A stretch of 62,648 bases of DNA, filler included, from Choristocarpus tenellus KU-1152 (Eukaryota; Protista; Phaeophyceae): assembly GCA_964200185.2 (NCBI GenBank). It is 9 parts of 9 records of this genome, joined end to end, with 100 filler letters (N's around TTAATTAATTAA, not from the genome) between each part and the next. Parts side by side here need not be neighbours in the genome. Positions count along the whole stretch, not along the records: positions 16,772 to 26,612 come from CAXNAD020003340.1; positions 26,713 to 31,315 come from CAXNAD020013831.1; positions 31,416 to 38,329 come from CAXNAD020007075.1; 6 more parts are not named here. One strand, 5' to 3'. The notes beneath the pieces are model-generated. The model made no database searches and had not been told where the DNA came from. It was given only the letters and a program-made list of their open reading frames with translations. The first letter of the stretch is position 1. Each line of letters starts with the position of its first letter. Shown here piece by piece: positions 25,934 through 38,429 of the stretch. Made by a program: the position numbers and the translations under genes.

Positions 25934-26712
25934 TCATCCTAGAGGCGACTGCCAGCACTGTACTATAAATATGATCCTCAGTTTTCTGTGTAGGTCAAGT
26001 AAACTACTCTACTATTTATTCGATTTTTATGCCCTCTGACATTTCGAAAATATGTCAGCGGAAAAACCAATGAAAACTGTTCACATGTCAGAAAAATCCC
26101 TAAAAAAGTAACAGCTGTCATAAAATGTGAAAGGCATTCATCTATTTACTATTTACTACCAGCTATGCTGTGCCACTGCCTTCCTGTGCCTCCAACCTAG
26201 CTTAGTCCTGCACCCCAGAGTGAGGAGCTAGGGAAGCATCCCAAGAATCTAACATGCTCCTCCTTGCCCATCTCCCTCATGTCTCCAGCTTAAGCATATT
26301 ACACGTCGAGATAGTGCTACTTGCGTTGCGACCGAGATTTTCTGTTGTAGGCAGGATTTGATCGCCCCTTTCCTGGTGTAGCCTCCCACCCCTCTCCCGC
26401 CTACCGCGTGCGTACCTAGCTCATACAGAAAATTTTCCTCTTGCTTATTATCGAGGCGCCCAAAAATTTCCACCGCAAAGGTGCTGAGGTTAAAACTACG
26501 AGGGTCATAAGATTCCTCGTAGTGGATTCGTTTTAACGCCTCAGGTGTAGCAGCAGTTAACAGCAGATTTCAAAAATTGAGGATGGAGCTTTTCATTGAG
26601 GATGGGCTTGACNNNNNNNNNNNNNNNNNNNNNNNNNNNNNNNNNNNNNNNNNNNNTTAATTAATTAANNNNNNNNNNNNNNNNNNNNNNNNNNNNNNNN
26701 NNNNNNNNNNNN

Positions 26713-26800
26713 CTCAGTGGTTAACGGAGTCTGTTCCTTGAGAGGATTTTCGTGGGTACGAACCCCATTAACGACAGACTTTTTTTTTTTTTTTTTTTAA
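26713..26800 (+). other. tRNA-derived SINE head or pseudo-tRNA (truncated by the contig edge). A similar B-box is at 18929-18946
   Basis: A-box-like ctcagtggtt and B-box-like gggtacgaacccc, followed by a poly-T run. No complete cloverleaf. Confidence 0.4.
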
Positions 26801-29800
26801 ATTTAAAATCTGGTTTTCCATACAAACTCCATGGAGCCGGTACTGTGGACCAGTACCTGTACCTGTACCTGTACTACCACATTGTACTCATCCCTACAAC
26901 GAAAGAAAAAGGTATCAGTAGGTAGGTGTGTGAAGTGTTTGTTCATGGTTCTTGATGTTGCCGACACTCTTCCTTAAAGGGTCCAACAAAGGGTGGTCCG
27001 AAGGAGGTGGGGGAGGCGGAGATGGGATGACCAGCAGGATGAGCTGAACCCAACACACAAGCACGAAGACATGAACTGAAAACAAAACAAAACAGCGCAA
27101 CTAGCTGTATTGATAGTGCAACAACTAGACAGCTGTTATGAGAAGTACTGCGGTCTGTGGTGTATCTGACCACGGGTTGGGATAATCCTCGGGCTACACA
27201 GTGTAAAAGGAAAAAATAAAAAAGCCCCCCCTCAAAAGAAAGAAAAAAATGTACCAGGGGGAAGATAATTCTTTCTACAGATCATAGAAAATCTTCTTGG
27301 TGTGTGTGTGGGGGGGGGGGGGGGGGGGGGGGGGTTTAGTTCCCCCTGCGGAAAGCCTTTCACCAACCACAACAATAACATTTTTTCGTTCTTTTGTCAC
27401 TTAGGTAAAAATGTACTACATTAACATGTACTAGGTAACTAAGATGCATGAAAAAGAGATGTGAGAGACACATTTTTTTTTAAAAACCACAACCTAAGCG
27501 CTTCACTCTCATTGGTAGAGGAGTTGACGGCTTCATGCTTACCGTCTTTGAAATAAAAATAGAAATTCAATGTAAGACATCACTAGACCCCAGACCTTGA
27601 GCAAAATAATGCAAATGAATATTAAACAATACTAATTTAATGATACAAGAGTAATAAAAATAACATAGTACACCAACAAATATGATACTTTTTAAAATAC
27701 CAACAGTAACAAAAACGAAAATATAATGTATCATTAAAAAAAAAAAATCAATGCCACATAACAGAGAATTTGTACAATCTATGATGCTACTCCGATTATG
27801 GTAGACCTAGAGGAATCACCAGGACAAACATCTATTTTGCTTCAAAGCACCCAACAAATTCCAATGTCAAACCTCAGGGTTATAACCCTAACCCTTCAAA
27901 CTATAACCTACTCTCCAACACGTAGTTTGTTCAGGTTATTTATTAGCAACCTGAAGTCAATGCAAACATAAATATCAGAACGGTTAGAGGGATCGTGATC
28001 GGGCGACAATGGGGGTATCATTTCATCACCAACTCGACACATTACAAACTTCAGTTTTTTAAAAAAAGAAGAAAAAAAAGAACAGTAGTAAGTATAGGAA
28101 TGCTCGAGATCACTGAAAATTCAAGAACCGTATGTCCTTACGGAATCTTTTCATACCAAATTTATAGAATAAAAAACAAGCAGGAAGCGAGGAATTAATA
28201 CTGTTAATTTTTAAAAATTATTGTTACTACTATTACTACTATTATTAACTCGATGGTAGTTCACAGTCACTTGAAGGGCACATACAGCTCTAGACACTCT
28301 TCCCCTTAAAACACAAACGAAAACAGATTTTTTTTTTTCAAACTCTGACCTTGGATCCTTTCCCCGTGCATTGGCTCAGAGGCTCAGCCTTGATGCTTTT
28401 CACCCCCCTTTGAGGGCGGTAGATATAGACCACAGTGCAGTCACTGGTATTAGTAGCACTACTCACAGTGACTGCCATAATCTTGCACATGGAGTCACTC
28501 CAGCACTTAACACCGGAAAAGAGACTGAACACTTGAAAAGAGATCCCCAAACAACTAGAGTATACAAAACTACACCAGTCCACTTTCTATTGAGGGAAGA
28601 GCCATGTAACCCTAACCTTAACTTGCCGCCGAGAGCAAGAAACCTCCCTTTTTATTAGAACAATACTCAACACATGAAAGGCCACAGCCAAAAGCAACAG
28701 TGACCTATCGATGACAGAACTTAAAGTCTGGTCCTCGAATCTACGTCAAACCCAATCCCGGAAACAAAAGGGTGTACCTCAAACATGACGTCTGGCCCCT
28801 TCACTAGAACGATCTCTCTCCAAGGTAGATTGTGACTTGCCAATGGCGTGGACACCTGCTTTTCAGTTGATGTTGATTGTATCGGGCGGGAAAGAGATCA
28901 AAAGACACACGATAACAAGCGATTGCACTCTTCACAGGCATCCTTCAAACAAAAAAGCTCGCTCTCTTAAAAAGCACAAAAATAAAAAGATGACTACAGG
29001 TGGATGGATGGATGGATGGATGGCATAGAGTACAACCATGCAGGAACGAGGACGCAGGAGGTTCTATATATGTGAATATACCATCATCAACAAAATTTAT
29101 TTATATTATTATTACTAATATTATTACAACTATTCTACAGCAATGGTGAGGACAGAAACATTGCTTGAAAGGCAAGCCTAGTTGGGTTCAAAAATGATGT
29201 TGAATTAGAACAATTTTTGGTCTTACCTCGAAAAAAGACGGGACAAGTAATGTTCATGCGTGTGTTTCAATGAAATCTGACACTCCCACGATAGTACCCT
29301 TGAGATTTGCAGAGGCTTATCTGACCTTATCTGACCCTTTCTGACCCTAACCCCATCCATCCTGCTACGCAACATAAGGGGAAGGCTGTGACCAAACCAT
29401 TCCGTACAATGATCAGGTAGTTGTGTTTGATATATATATTTTTAATTTTTAATTTGGAATTTACCAGTAACAACTCACAGCAGTACCAGTAGTAGCAGGG
29501 GCAAGAGGGTTAAAAAAAAGAGAAGTTACAATCGTATCATGGCGAGAAGAGGGTCACAGCAAAGTCAACATCCCTAACCCTAAGCACCACGTCTAGCAAT
29601 GTTGGTAAAGTTTCACCATGCAGGCGTGTTGTACAACAACTAAGCACCAACTAGAGTCAGCAATACCCCCACACAAGACTCAGTTAAGACCAGCATTGTA
29701 GTCCCACAAAAAAAGGAGACAGAGACATCGACAGACACAAGCACACACAACCCTAACCCTAACCCTAACCCTAATGTTGAAAAATATATATTAGAACAGC

Positions 29801-31439
29801 ACCTACACCATATATATATATTTTTTCAGGGTGACACGGTTTCTGTCTTTCCTGCAAGGAAATCGGACAAATAAAGGTACAAATAGGTGTCTCAACTCCA
29901 AACACAATCCACAGTATTCACTATTTCTAGAGGCCCTGGCAAGAAAAGATCAATTCGAAAGGTCCCAAGAAAGAATCAAATTTAACCTTTAGTTCACCCA
30001 AAGAAGTTAATTTCCCACTACAGCATTTTGAAATATCAATATATGTATATATATATATACATACACACACAAACAAAAAATGCAGCAACCGGAAGCATGT
30101 GCATGATCCTATTATTATTACTATTATGCATATATTAAGAATCAACGACCTGTGGCATCTCAAGCAGCACCAGCTCTCCCTCTCCATTTCCAAAGAAAGG
30201 CTTGCGTACTCTGGCTGTCAGCACCACCTTCTTACCCCCAGGGAGAACCAGCCACACTGCCTTGTGATAGAACCACCCCCTTGCCAACGGAACCATCGGT
30301 ACACCCGCAGAACCAAGTCAGAACCAAGTCAGAACCAAGCATGCAGACAAGTCAAGGGACTGGTTCTCATGAAAAAGGTAACACTGGTTTGAATACTACT
30401 ATACACTACTGAATTCAAACGACAAAGAGCACCTAAGAAGACGTAATTCACAGACAGGCAGTGACCATTGACAGTGGTCTTGAGTTGCATATTGCATAGT
30501 TGGTACTTCCCCTGCGCTAGGTACAGGCAAACCTTGGACTACCTTACCTAGTGGGTGGGAATTCGAGATGATCGTATCATACCTGTAAGAGACTACTGCC
30601 GCAGCAGCTTGGACTGCACATAATGCGGATTCGACCTCCAGTACCACACATAAACATGGCGCAGTAAAATAAACTTATCGATGAGCGCCTCAATACCAAG
30701 TACCAAAGTACTGCCTGCAGAAGATTCAGACCAAGGAAGACTCTTGTCAAGAGGTAGAGTCTGATGCTCAGTGCGTCAAAACCCCCTCAATAAGACAAAA
30801 AATAAAAATAAAACCGCTCTGTCGTAAACTCACGCGGACAAAGCTTCTCACCGCCGTCTAAAAAAAATAATCCAAGAATATTCACCAAGATATTCACCAA
30901 CACGAGACCTGCGTGTACTCTCTCTATAGCCCCTACTGCACAAGAACCTCAGATAGAGCACCTACGAATGCCCTCCTTTCTCAAACTATTCTCATCTGCC
31001 CGTCGCAAAGAGCAGGCAGCGACGTTCAAGTTCAGGTCAAAGCATGTCTCTACTGTGAGACACTGCTGGGAAGTATCATGACACCAGTAGTCCCAGTTGC
31101 AAACAAGCTCCATAGCACACTACTATTTGTAAAAAAAAAATACACAACTTCAATCAATGCTAGTACGCCTTCCTTGAACGGGGCGAACGAGGGATTGCAA
31201 TAGCGACAAAGAAACATAAACATTGTTTGATAAACAACCCCCCACCACACCCACAACCCCACCGCCCCACCACCCCCCCCACCCCCCCCCCCCACCAACC
31301 CAACACCCCCCACCANNNNNNNNNNNNNNNNNNNNNNNNNNNNNNNNNNNNNNNNNNNNTTAATTAATTAANNNNNNNNNNNNNNNNNNNNNNNNNNNNN
31401 NNNNNNNNNNNNNNNCCCCCCCAGATACTTTGAGTCTTG

Positions 31440-31800
31440 ATTCCACATCATTGATTGATTTGAATTCATTCGAATTTCTACATGAGGGATATCAGACTTC
31501 AAGTTGAGCAAATTCATGATATTATTGCACAGACGGTTTTCGAGACAGGATTTCGAGAAGGCACAATCTAAGGTTGCTTTGATGCATAGACAACCATGAT
31601 ACATCTTGTGCAACAACCTGATATATTTTTTTCGGAATTCGGGATGAGGTGATTGCGACCACCTTATCTGCATTTTTGGTATGGAGATGGTACCTTTGCT
31701 CCCCTTCATCATCGGCGTCAATGCTCCTTCTCTTTCACCTTTTCCAACCTGAGAAAGGCTCGTTTCAACCTTGAAACTCTAGCTCCATCTCTTGAGGCAA
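31440..31800 (-). mobile_element. Possible pogo/CENP-B-like HTH remnant
   Basis: GGRNHLIP / PEFRKK..W-like / AFSKSCLENRL resembles G.GR..P.LE..F.AS.GWL.RF. Weak. Confidence 0.25.
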
Positions 31801-33799
31801 ACTATCCAAGCACCATGGTACCTGGATTGGTAAAGCAGGATGAGCACCACTTGCTTCCTCCAAATGCCCTTTCCACTGTTCAATATCCATCCGCAAATTA
31901 CTGGGAAATCACTTTTTCTGAAACTCAGTAGGTTGCGGTACTCTGCCTCATTGTAGTGAAAGATATAAATCTAGACAAGAGTAACAGTCTGTGATACGTC
32001 TCCTTATTACCTGATGCGGTCGTCGCCAGATCTTAATGACTTCGAGCTGGAGATGGTAGCCTGCAAGCTGGAGGTATTTTCTATTCAGCTATTCCACACT
32101 CCTTTCCATCCAAATTCAGCAATGGTTTGATAAAGCGCGGTTTCTTACCAAGGCGAATCATGCTGTGCTGCTTCCTCCCGAACTTATGTGCCCATGACGT
32201 GAGTTCCGCCCAATCACACTTCTCATTATTTTCTCCATTTCATGGTCTACCAGGATTCTAGTTTCGGATTGAAGTAATAGTATCAAAAGAAAATATCGTT
32301 AATGTGCACAAAACGATATTCCCACATTTTATCAGTACATTGTTCACATTCACATTATTTGCCTGTATCTGAGGTCTTGTAGAGCTAGTTCTAAGGGGTG
32401 AACTGATTAGTAAGGAAATTTGGTTTCGATGATCCAAAGTCCACGTTGCGAACATGACGGATATAATAGTCGTTGGTACTAACCTCTAGTATTACCTCTG
32501 CCACTATACCACAGACAAAAACGTGGGGAAAATCAAATTCGAGCTGACAACCCTCCATTTCACATCCAACACAATATGAGAGGGAGGAAGGTAGATGGAG
32601 AAGGGGGTGGGATGTCTTGAACTAATTGGCGAGGAATAACAATGGAGGGAATTGTGAAAAAAATAGTATTAAGTTTAATGAACAGAAAACATGTATTATA
32701 TAGTTAGATGTGATAAAAGTTTACCAACAAGAAATTGATGTAAAAAATAATATAACATTGATGTTGGGGGTAGTGGAGTACACTTTATGCTAAACCCCCA
32801 ATTTTTTTTCTTGGAGGAAGTCGGAAAATCTATGGATTCGGATGGGGTTTGTTAGGTGAACGACTTTTCTTGAATGAAGTTCATCGTTCCTTGTTTCTTA
32901 CTTCCTTTTTCAAATCCACCAACCCCAACTACACACTAAATTATTACTCCCTAAATGTTTGGAAATTTCTGGGTTATTGTAGTGAGTAGTAGTGGTGGTA
33001 GGTAGTGTTCTGTCATCAAATGTATCATACTTCCAGGAGAAATTTCAACGAGAAGAAAATGTGGCGTATGTTGTGTCTCCCACTTTTCGAACTTCTACGT
33101 AAGAACCAAAAACTATCACCCATGGACAACGATTTGCATTCAAGAAAAAAGCGTTCACATCATGAACCAAACGCAAATCAATTTTGGACTACCCCAGATA
33201 AAATGTATGGGTGGGTGGTGGAAAAGGTAGGATATACTTGTCGAACCATGGACTAAATTCCACAGAATGGTAGGGGTAGTAAAAATGGGGATTCTGTCCG
33301 TGGTGAACGGATGAAAGGTCAACTAAACTCATGATAGGGAGAGAGTAATATCCCCAACTTGGGAGTGGTCATGCCTTTACCTTTCGTCCTCAGATATTTT
33401 ATAACTCAGTTAGGGTCTGTTTGACAGAAGAGGGGAACGTGGTCAACGGCATATTCGTATCATCTAGGGTTGGAAGCTCATTATCTGAAAGTTATGATCT
33501 GAAGGTAGTCCAGATATCCTCTGCTTCTGACGATGTTGCATAGACGGCATAGTTAGGTTGGGGGGGAGGACGGTGAAAAGTCCGGGGGACACAGTTTCGA
33601 TCAAGTACAACACTGCAATGTGAAAAGCGTGGGCTGCATAGCTTCGTCGGTCGATAACGTCGTAAGAATATCTCCCAGATTCAGCAACCAGAGGGTAGAT
33701 AGAGAGGAGGTTATAGATTATTTATGGGGTGGCTGCCCGTACTGCGCGAGAAGCAAGGGCACATAAACAGAGGCATTTCTCAGAGCAAGTAGAGAAGAA

Positions 33800-35496
33800 A
33801 GTAGAGGATCATTGAGACAAAAAGTGGAAGCGCATCTCACACCTCGTACAGCAGAGAGACATATTCTGAGTTGGGGTATAGGAATTTTGGAACAGAGAGG
33901 TCATGATGACCGTGTGGAATGCACGGACTACGGCAATGAATGGCAAGAACGGGGTGAGGCATGCGAATGTACTGATGAAATGGACTTGGATTTAAGGAGT
34001 ATGGTGATATTAGGCTCCAAGGGACAAACCCTCGTAACAGGAGAGTACTAGGGTCGTGTGATTGTGACATCTTGAACAAATCAATGGTGAACACGGATAA
34101 ATGCTTGCAGAGGTGAACGGACTTGACCTAGTAGTAAACACATTTTCGGTGTACCAAAGGGAAACGTCCCACATATACTTCAGCAAGTTAAGGAGGAAGG
34201 GGTTGATAGTGATCTCAAATGCCAGCTCGACCATCTTCTCGTACACAATTTGAGGAGAACACTCAGTACTTGCCACCAACGGAATCGGATATTGGTATTG
34301 GGCTATGTTCTTCGTCTATTTTTTCCCAATCGTAAGATGCGCACTAGCGGCAGGAGATAGATTTTGCTAAACCAGCGTTTTTTACTCCATCCTTGAGGAC
34401 TGAATTGCCGAGAGTGTTTGTGGTGTTAATCCCAGCAGAACCCATTAGCAAGCAAGGTGTAATGGCAGGCGTCAACAGCATGGCGGCTTCGTACGGAGGT
34501 CTTTTTGGAAGCTTCTCCGGAAAAATGCCACCCCCCACAGAGTTGTTGCCAGGAAGGTGGTATGCAAGTGACTAAGCCCAAGCAAATTTCTTTGGAGACC
34601 TGGGAGGATCAGGAACGAGCATGGGTAAGGAAAAGCTTCAGAAGCAGCTTCTTGCAAGTCGAAAGGGTGACAAGAAGGTGGTTAGAAAACCGCAGCACCC
34701 AGATCTAAGTCCTTATGCCTACCGTTTCGGTGTTGTCGTACTACTGTCTGCACTATTACAGTATTCTTGCTGTGCAATTGCTGTTCGACTGCGACTATAT
34801 GCCTTATGTTGAGATATGTGAAGCACGTAGTCACTGGAACAATCCAATAGCTGACTACTTTCGTGTTGTTCCTCTTACCGAGATCGGGTGGACAGCATGG
34901 TCACAGGCTTTGTGGGGGGAGGGCAGTAGATCCTCTCTGTTGGTGACTCGAGCCACAATCCTATCTATTGATTTCAAGCCTAAGGCAGAACCACTTTCCA
35001 AAACGCCACCCAGAGCAGATATCGAATCCTTAGAGAACTTTTTGATGGATCACTAAAGTATATCCAGGTCTATCTTTGTCTCAACGAGATGACAAGCGTG
35101 GTGCTGAATGTACAGGCTGGCAGTGTCAACAACAGCATTACTAAGGCTCAGAAGTGGGTGCAACCGGAAGATTAGGAGGATGTAGTTGAGGCCTTGGCAC
35201 AGGACATAAGGGATGAGCTACTAAACGTAACTTGTGTTATCAGGAATGCTTGTAGAATGCTTGTAAGGCTGATGAGGAAGGGGGTGAATCAGAAGACGAG
35301 ACTGCAACACAGGATGGTGGTGGTGATAGCAGTGGAGGGACGAGCCTTCCCTCGCATCTCTTTGTTGAAGTCCTGCCATCACTTTTCTGGATTTGTAGCG
35401 AAGGCTAAAGAGATTGGCTTAGATCAGACCCACACATTGCTGCACGAGGTGAAAACGGAGTTCTTGAGAGTACCTATTAAACAATTCCTTCCATGA
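33800..35496 (+). pseudogene. Fragmented coding-like region of unknown product, convergent with the Sola-like remnant
   Basis: A chain of short protein-like plus-strand frames (e.g. 34393-34575, 34715-35056, acidic DEEGGESEDE) broken by stops and frameshifts. Confidence 0.35.
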
Positions 35497-35779
35497 TAGG
35501 TGTTATGCGTATGTCTTCCTGTTCCTTGGGCCAACAATTTTGACCACACAAACGTAGCATTGCAGGGACACAACGTCATACCGAGTGAATAATACAAGTT
35601 GTGAACATATGGATTACACCTCGTGTTTAAAAAACCCCATTCGTTCGACCCGTTACAGGCATTTATTTTTATTTTTTTGTATAAGGAATGTTGGCTCTGA
35701 ATGGACGACCCCTGCTTCAACACGGACTTCTCCCAATAAGGCATGTCAGCCAATAAGGCGTAAGTTTTTGGCTGGGGAT

Positions 35780-36200
35780 AACCATGCTTTAAAATGATAC
35801 ACCCTATCAAAAAAGATCTCCTTTGTGAGACAGGCTTGGGACTTCTCCGATCATATAAATAATATTCTTACTAAGATTGGAATAGAAACATTTCTTCTAT
35901 AGAGAGGGAAATGGGGATGGGATTCATTAACAAGTGGAGGAGGTAATAAGTTGGACGCGGACAATTGTCACAAAATATCTTTCGGACACTGCACTCTGGG
36001 GAGGGGGGGAGAGGAAACTTGATTGACATTAATGGAGACCTTCGATAAGCAACCTTGAAATGCCCCATTCATGTACAAGGGTACCAAAGTCGACATATCG
36101 CTTAAGACTAAATATTCGACTGCATCCATGTAACAATGCGGCGAATACGGCGTTGCAAGGTTTGTTCTCTGTGAGGTTGACATCTGGGAGCGCTTAGATT
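35780..36200 (-). mobile_element. Degenerate Sola-like transposase catalytic-region remnant
   Basis: The minus strand reads QM..ENKPCNAVFAALL..RIF..YVDF..LVH (cf. DN..ENKN..VFAF..IF..FL.VGHTH) and later RVYHFKAWLSP (cf. V.D.K.WL.P). Confidence 0.45.
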
Positions 36201-38429
36201 TTTAAACTCACAGTCCCTAGTATGTGTACTATAGAGAGTTATTTCTACTCGAACCAGGTATCCACTTCAGATCCCAGATTTAGCTCTAATTTCGGACTGT
36301 TTCTTGCTGATTTATATATATTTCAATACATTTTTATCCAGAGTCGAACCAACTGAGAGGTAGGCAGAGTTGCATTTTAAGGATCCCGAGAAAGACCAAA
36401 AATATGACACTTTGTACAATAGCAGAACGAGTCTTAGCTGAAGTGTGGTGCCGACTTTGTTTGCGGAAAGGGGGAGCACCATTTTTTTGGGTACACTATC
36501 GAGCACAAATAGCAACACAATAGAGTGTATTGGACAGGGTAAGAAAGATAGTTTGGAATGCAAAAGCGTCCAAACCTGCCCACCTATCCATTGACTTGGT
36601 TGTTCGGACTAATTTGCCAGCCAGGCAGGAGTGAAATTAGGGTTTAGGTATAGTCGGTAGTAAGATACGAGAAAGGAGACGAATTTGATAGCTTATTATG
36701 TGAGTGGCTTTTTCCCTGACACATCTCCAAAATGTCCGAAGGGAATAATAACATAAAAATAATGTATGTGAAATTGCTTGCATACTTAAGGCAAGTTGGA
36801 TAGCAGCATTATACACCTATGCCAACCTTCGATTTCTTACTCCACAGAATGCTAGAGTTTCCCAAGCTATCTGTACGGCACTACTCCATATCGTTGTCAC
36901 CCAGACCTAAAGTATCCGTGGGGGGGGGGGGAGGGGGGGGGGCGGTCTACACCAGGGTGTTCATTTGTCCCAAAACCAGGAAAAGTGCTCTTACATTATC
37001 CATTCGACGTATGCAACCAAATCACACAAAAATCGCGACGTGAAAAAAGTGGACTCTAAATGGACAGTCGCCATCCCCTCCCAGATACTCTGATGCCCCC
37101 CACCCATCTAGCACCTTGCAGACAAGAGGTGTACGAGTACATTGACACGCTATACTTAGCACTTGTCCGCACAAATGCAGAAGAGTCTCTCATTCGCATG
37201 CCTGTCATTGGAAGTGAAAAATACGTATGCTTTTCTTGAAACGAGAGATACGCTCATCGTCTACTCCAAGAAAACATTCTACGCACTCTATTATTGGTTA
37301 TAACCGAAACGTGCTCGCAGCACATGGGATCGCCGAGGGCTGTGAACAAACCTTGAATTTGCATGGAAAATAACTGGGTGGAAATTGACCCTCTAAAAGA
37401 TCATGGGATTCAATCGTAACGCTTTTCGCAACATACGCAGAGGTCAATGCATCCAAGCCAAGCTACATATGTATGCTACATAGTGCACAAAGGTGACTTC
37501 CAAACCTCTAGGACCCTGCCAAGAATTTATGTAAGCCTCGAAACATAGTGACCTTCACTCTCTACTTCGTTGCGTCAAGAAAAACCTTCGCAAAGGTCGT
37601 GACAGGTGAAAGAGATAAAAAAACAATACGCCTCCATTCACAAGTAAAACTCGTATTACCAAGTGTTCTGGAGCACTACATACTTCCAAGATCTGACTCC
37701 AGAGTAAACTAGTCCAGAGCACAAAGCAGTCAGCAGCAGCAGCAGCAGCAGCAGCAGCAATATGCTTCAACAATCGTTTCAGACTGCTCGTAAACAGTCG
37801 AGGGCAGGAACCAAGAATATGTGGGCTTTGCTGTGAACTCATAGTCACCGCCTTGCTCCTCCATCTAGGTGATGGACAACAAATAAGCACACAAAATCAC
37901 TGCTGGCAACAAGGCGAGCCAGAGGTCCGCAGCTATTTTGCCGTTTAGCAGTTTTCAAGCCACCGTCTTTCATCTCCTGCGATTCACCCTTACTTTTACA
38001 GATGAAGCATTGCGATTGACTAAAGCAGAGAGCCAGTGATTTACTTATTTATCTACTATTCAAACTCTTTATCGACAGAATCCAGAAAAGGTCCCTCTAT
38101 ATTCCCACTTGCACAAAACCGAACGCTTTCTCAGCATCCTCAAGAGGCCACCCCGGATATCTCTCATTTACCTCACCTCACCTACCCTGCGCGAGCATAC
38201 CAGCCAATTGGTGATAAGGTCTTACGAGAGAGTTGAACTCCACACACACACACACACACAGACAGTGGTGGTGCATGTTGTGATCTCCGGGAGATACAAT
38301 CAACCCCCCCCCCCCCCCCCCCCCCACCCNNNNNNNNNNNNNNNNNNNNNNNNNNNNNNNNNNNNNNNNNNNNTTAATTAATTAANNNNNNNNNNNNNNN
38401 NNNNNNNNNNNNNNNNNNNNNNNNNNNNN

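Noticed and set aside
26915-31313. Scattered minus-strand exon-like pieces (e.g. AVWLVLPGGKKVVLTARVRKPFFG at ~30149-30259)
   Set aside because: I could not build a phase-consistent model or recognise a family, so I left it uncalled.
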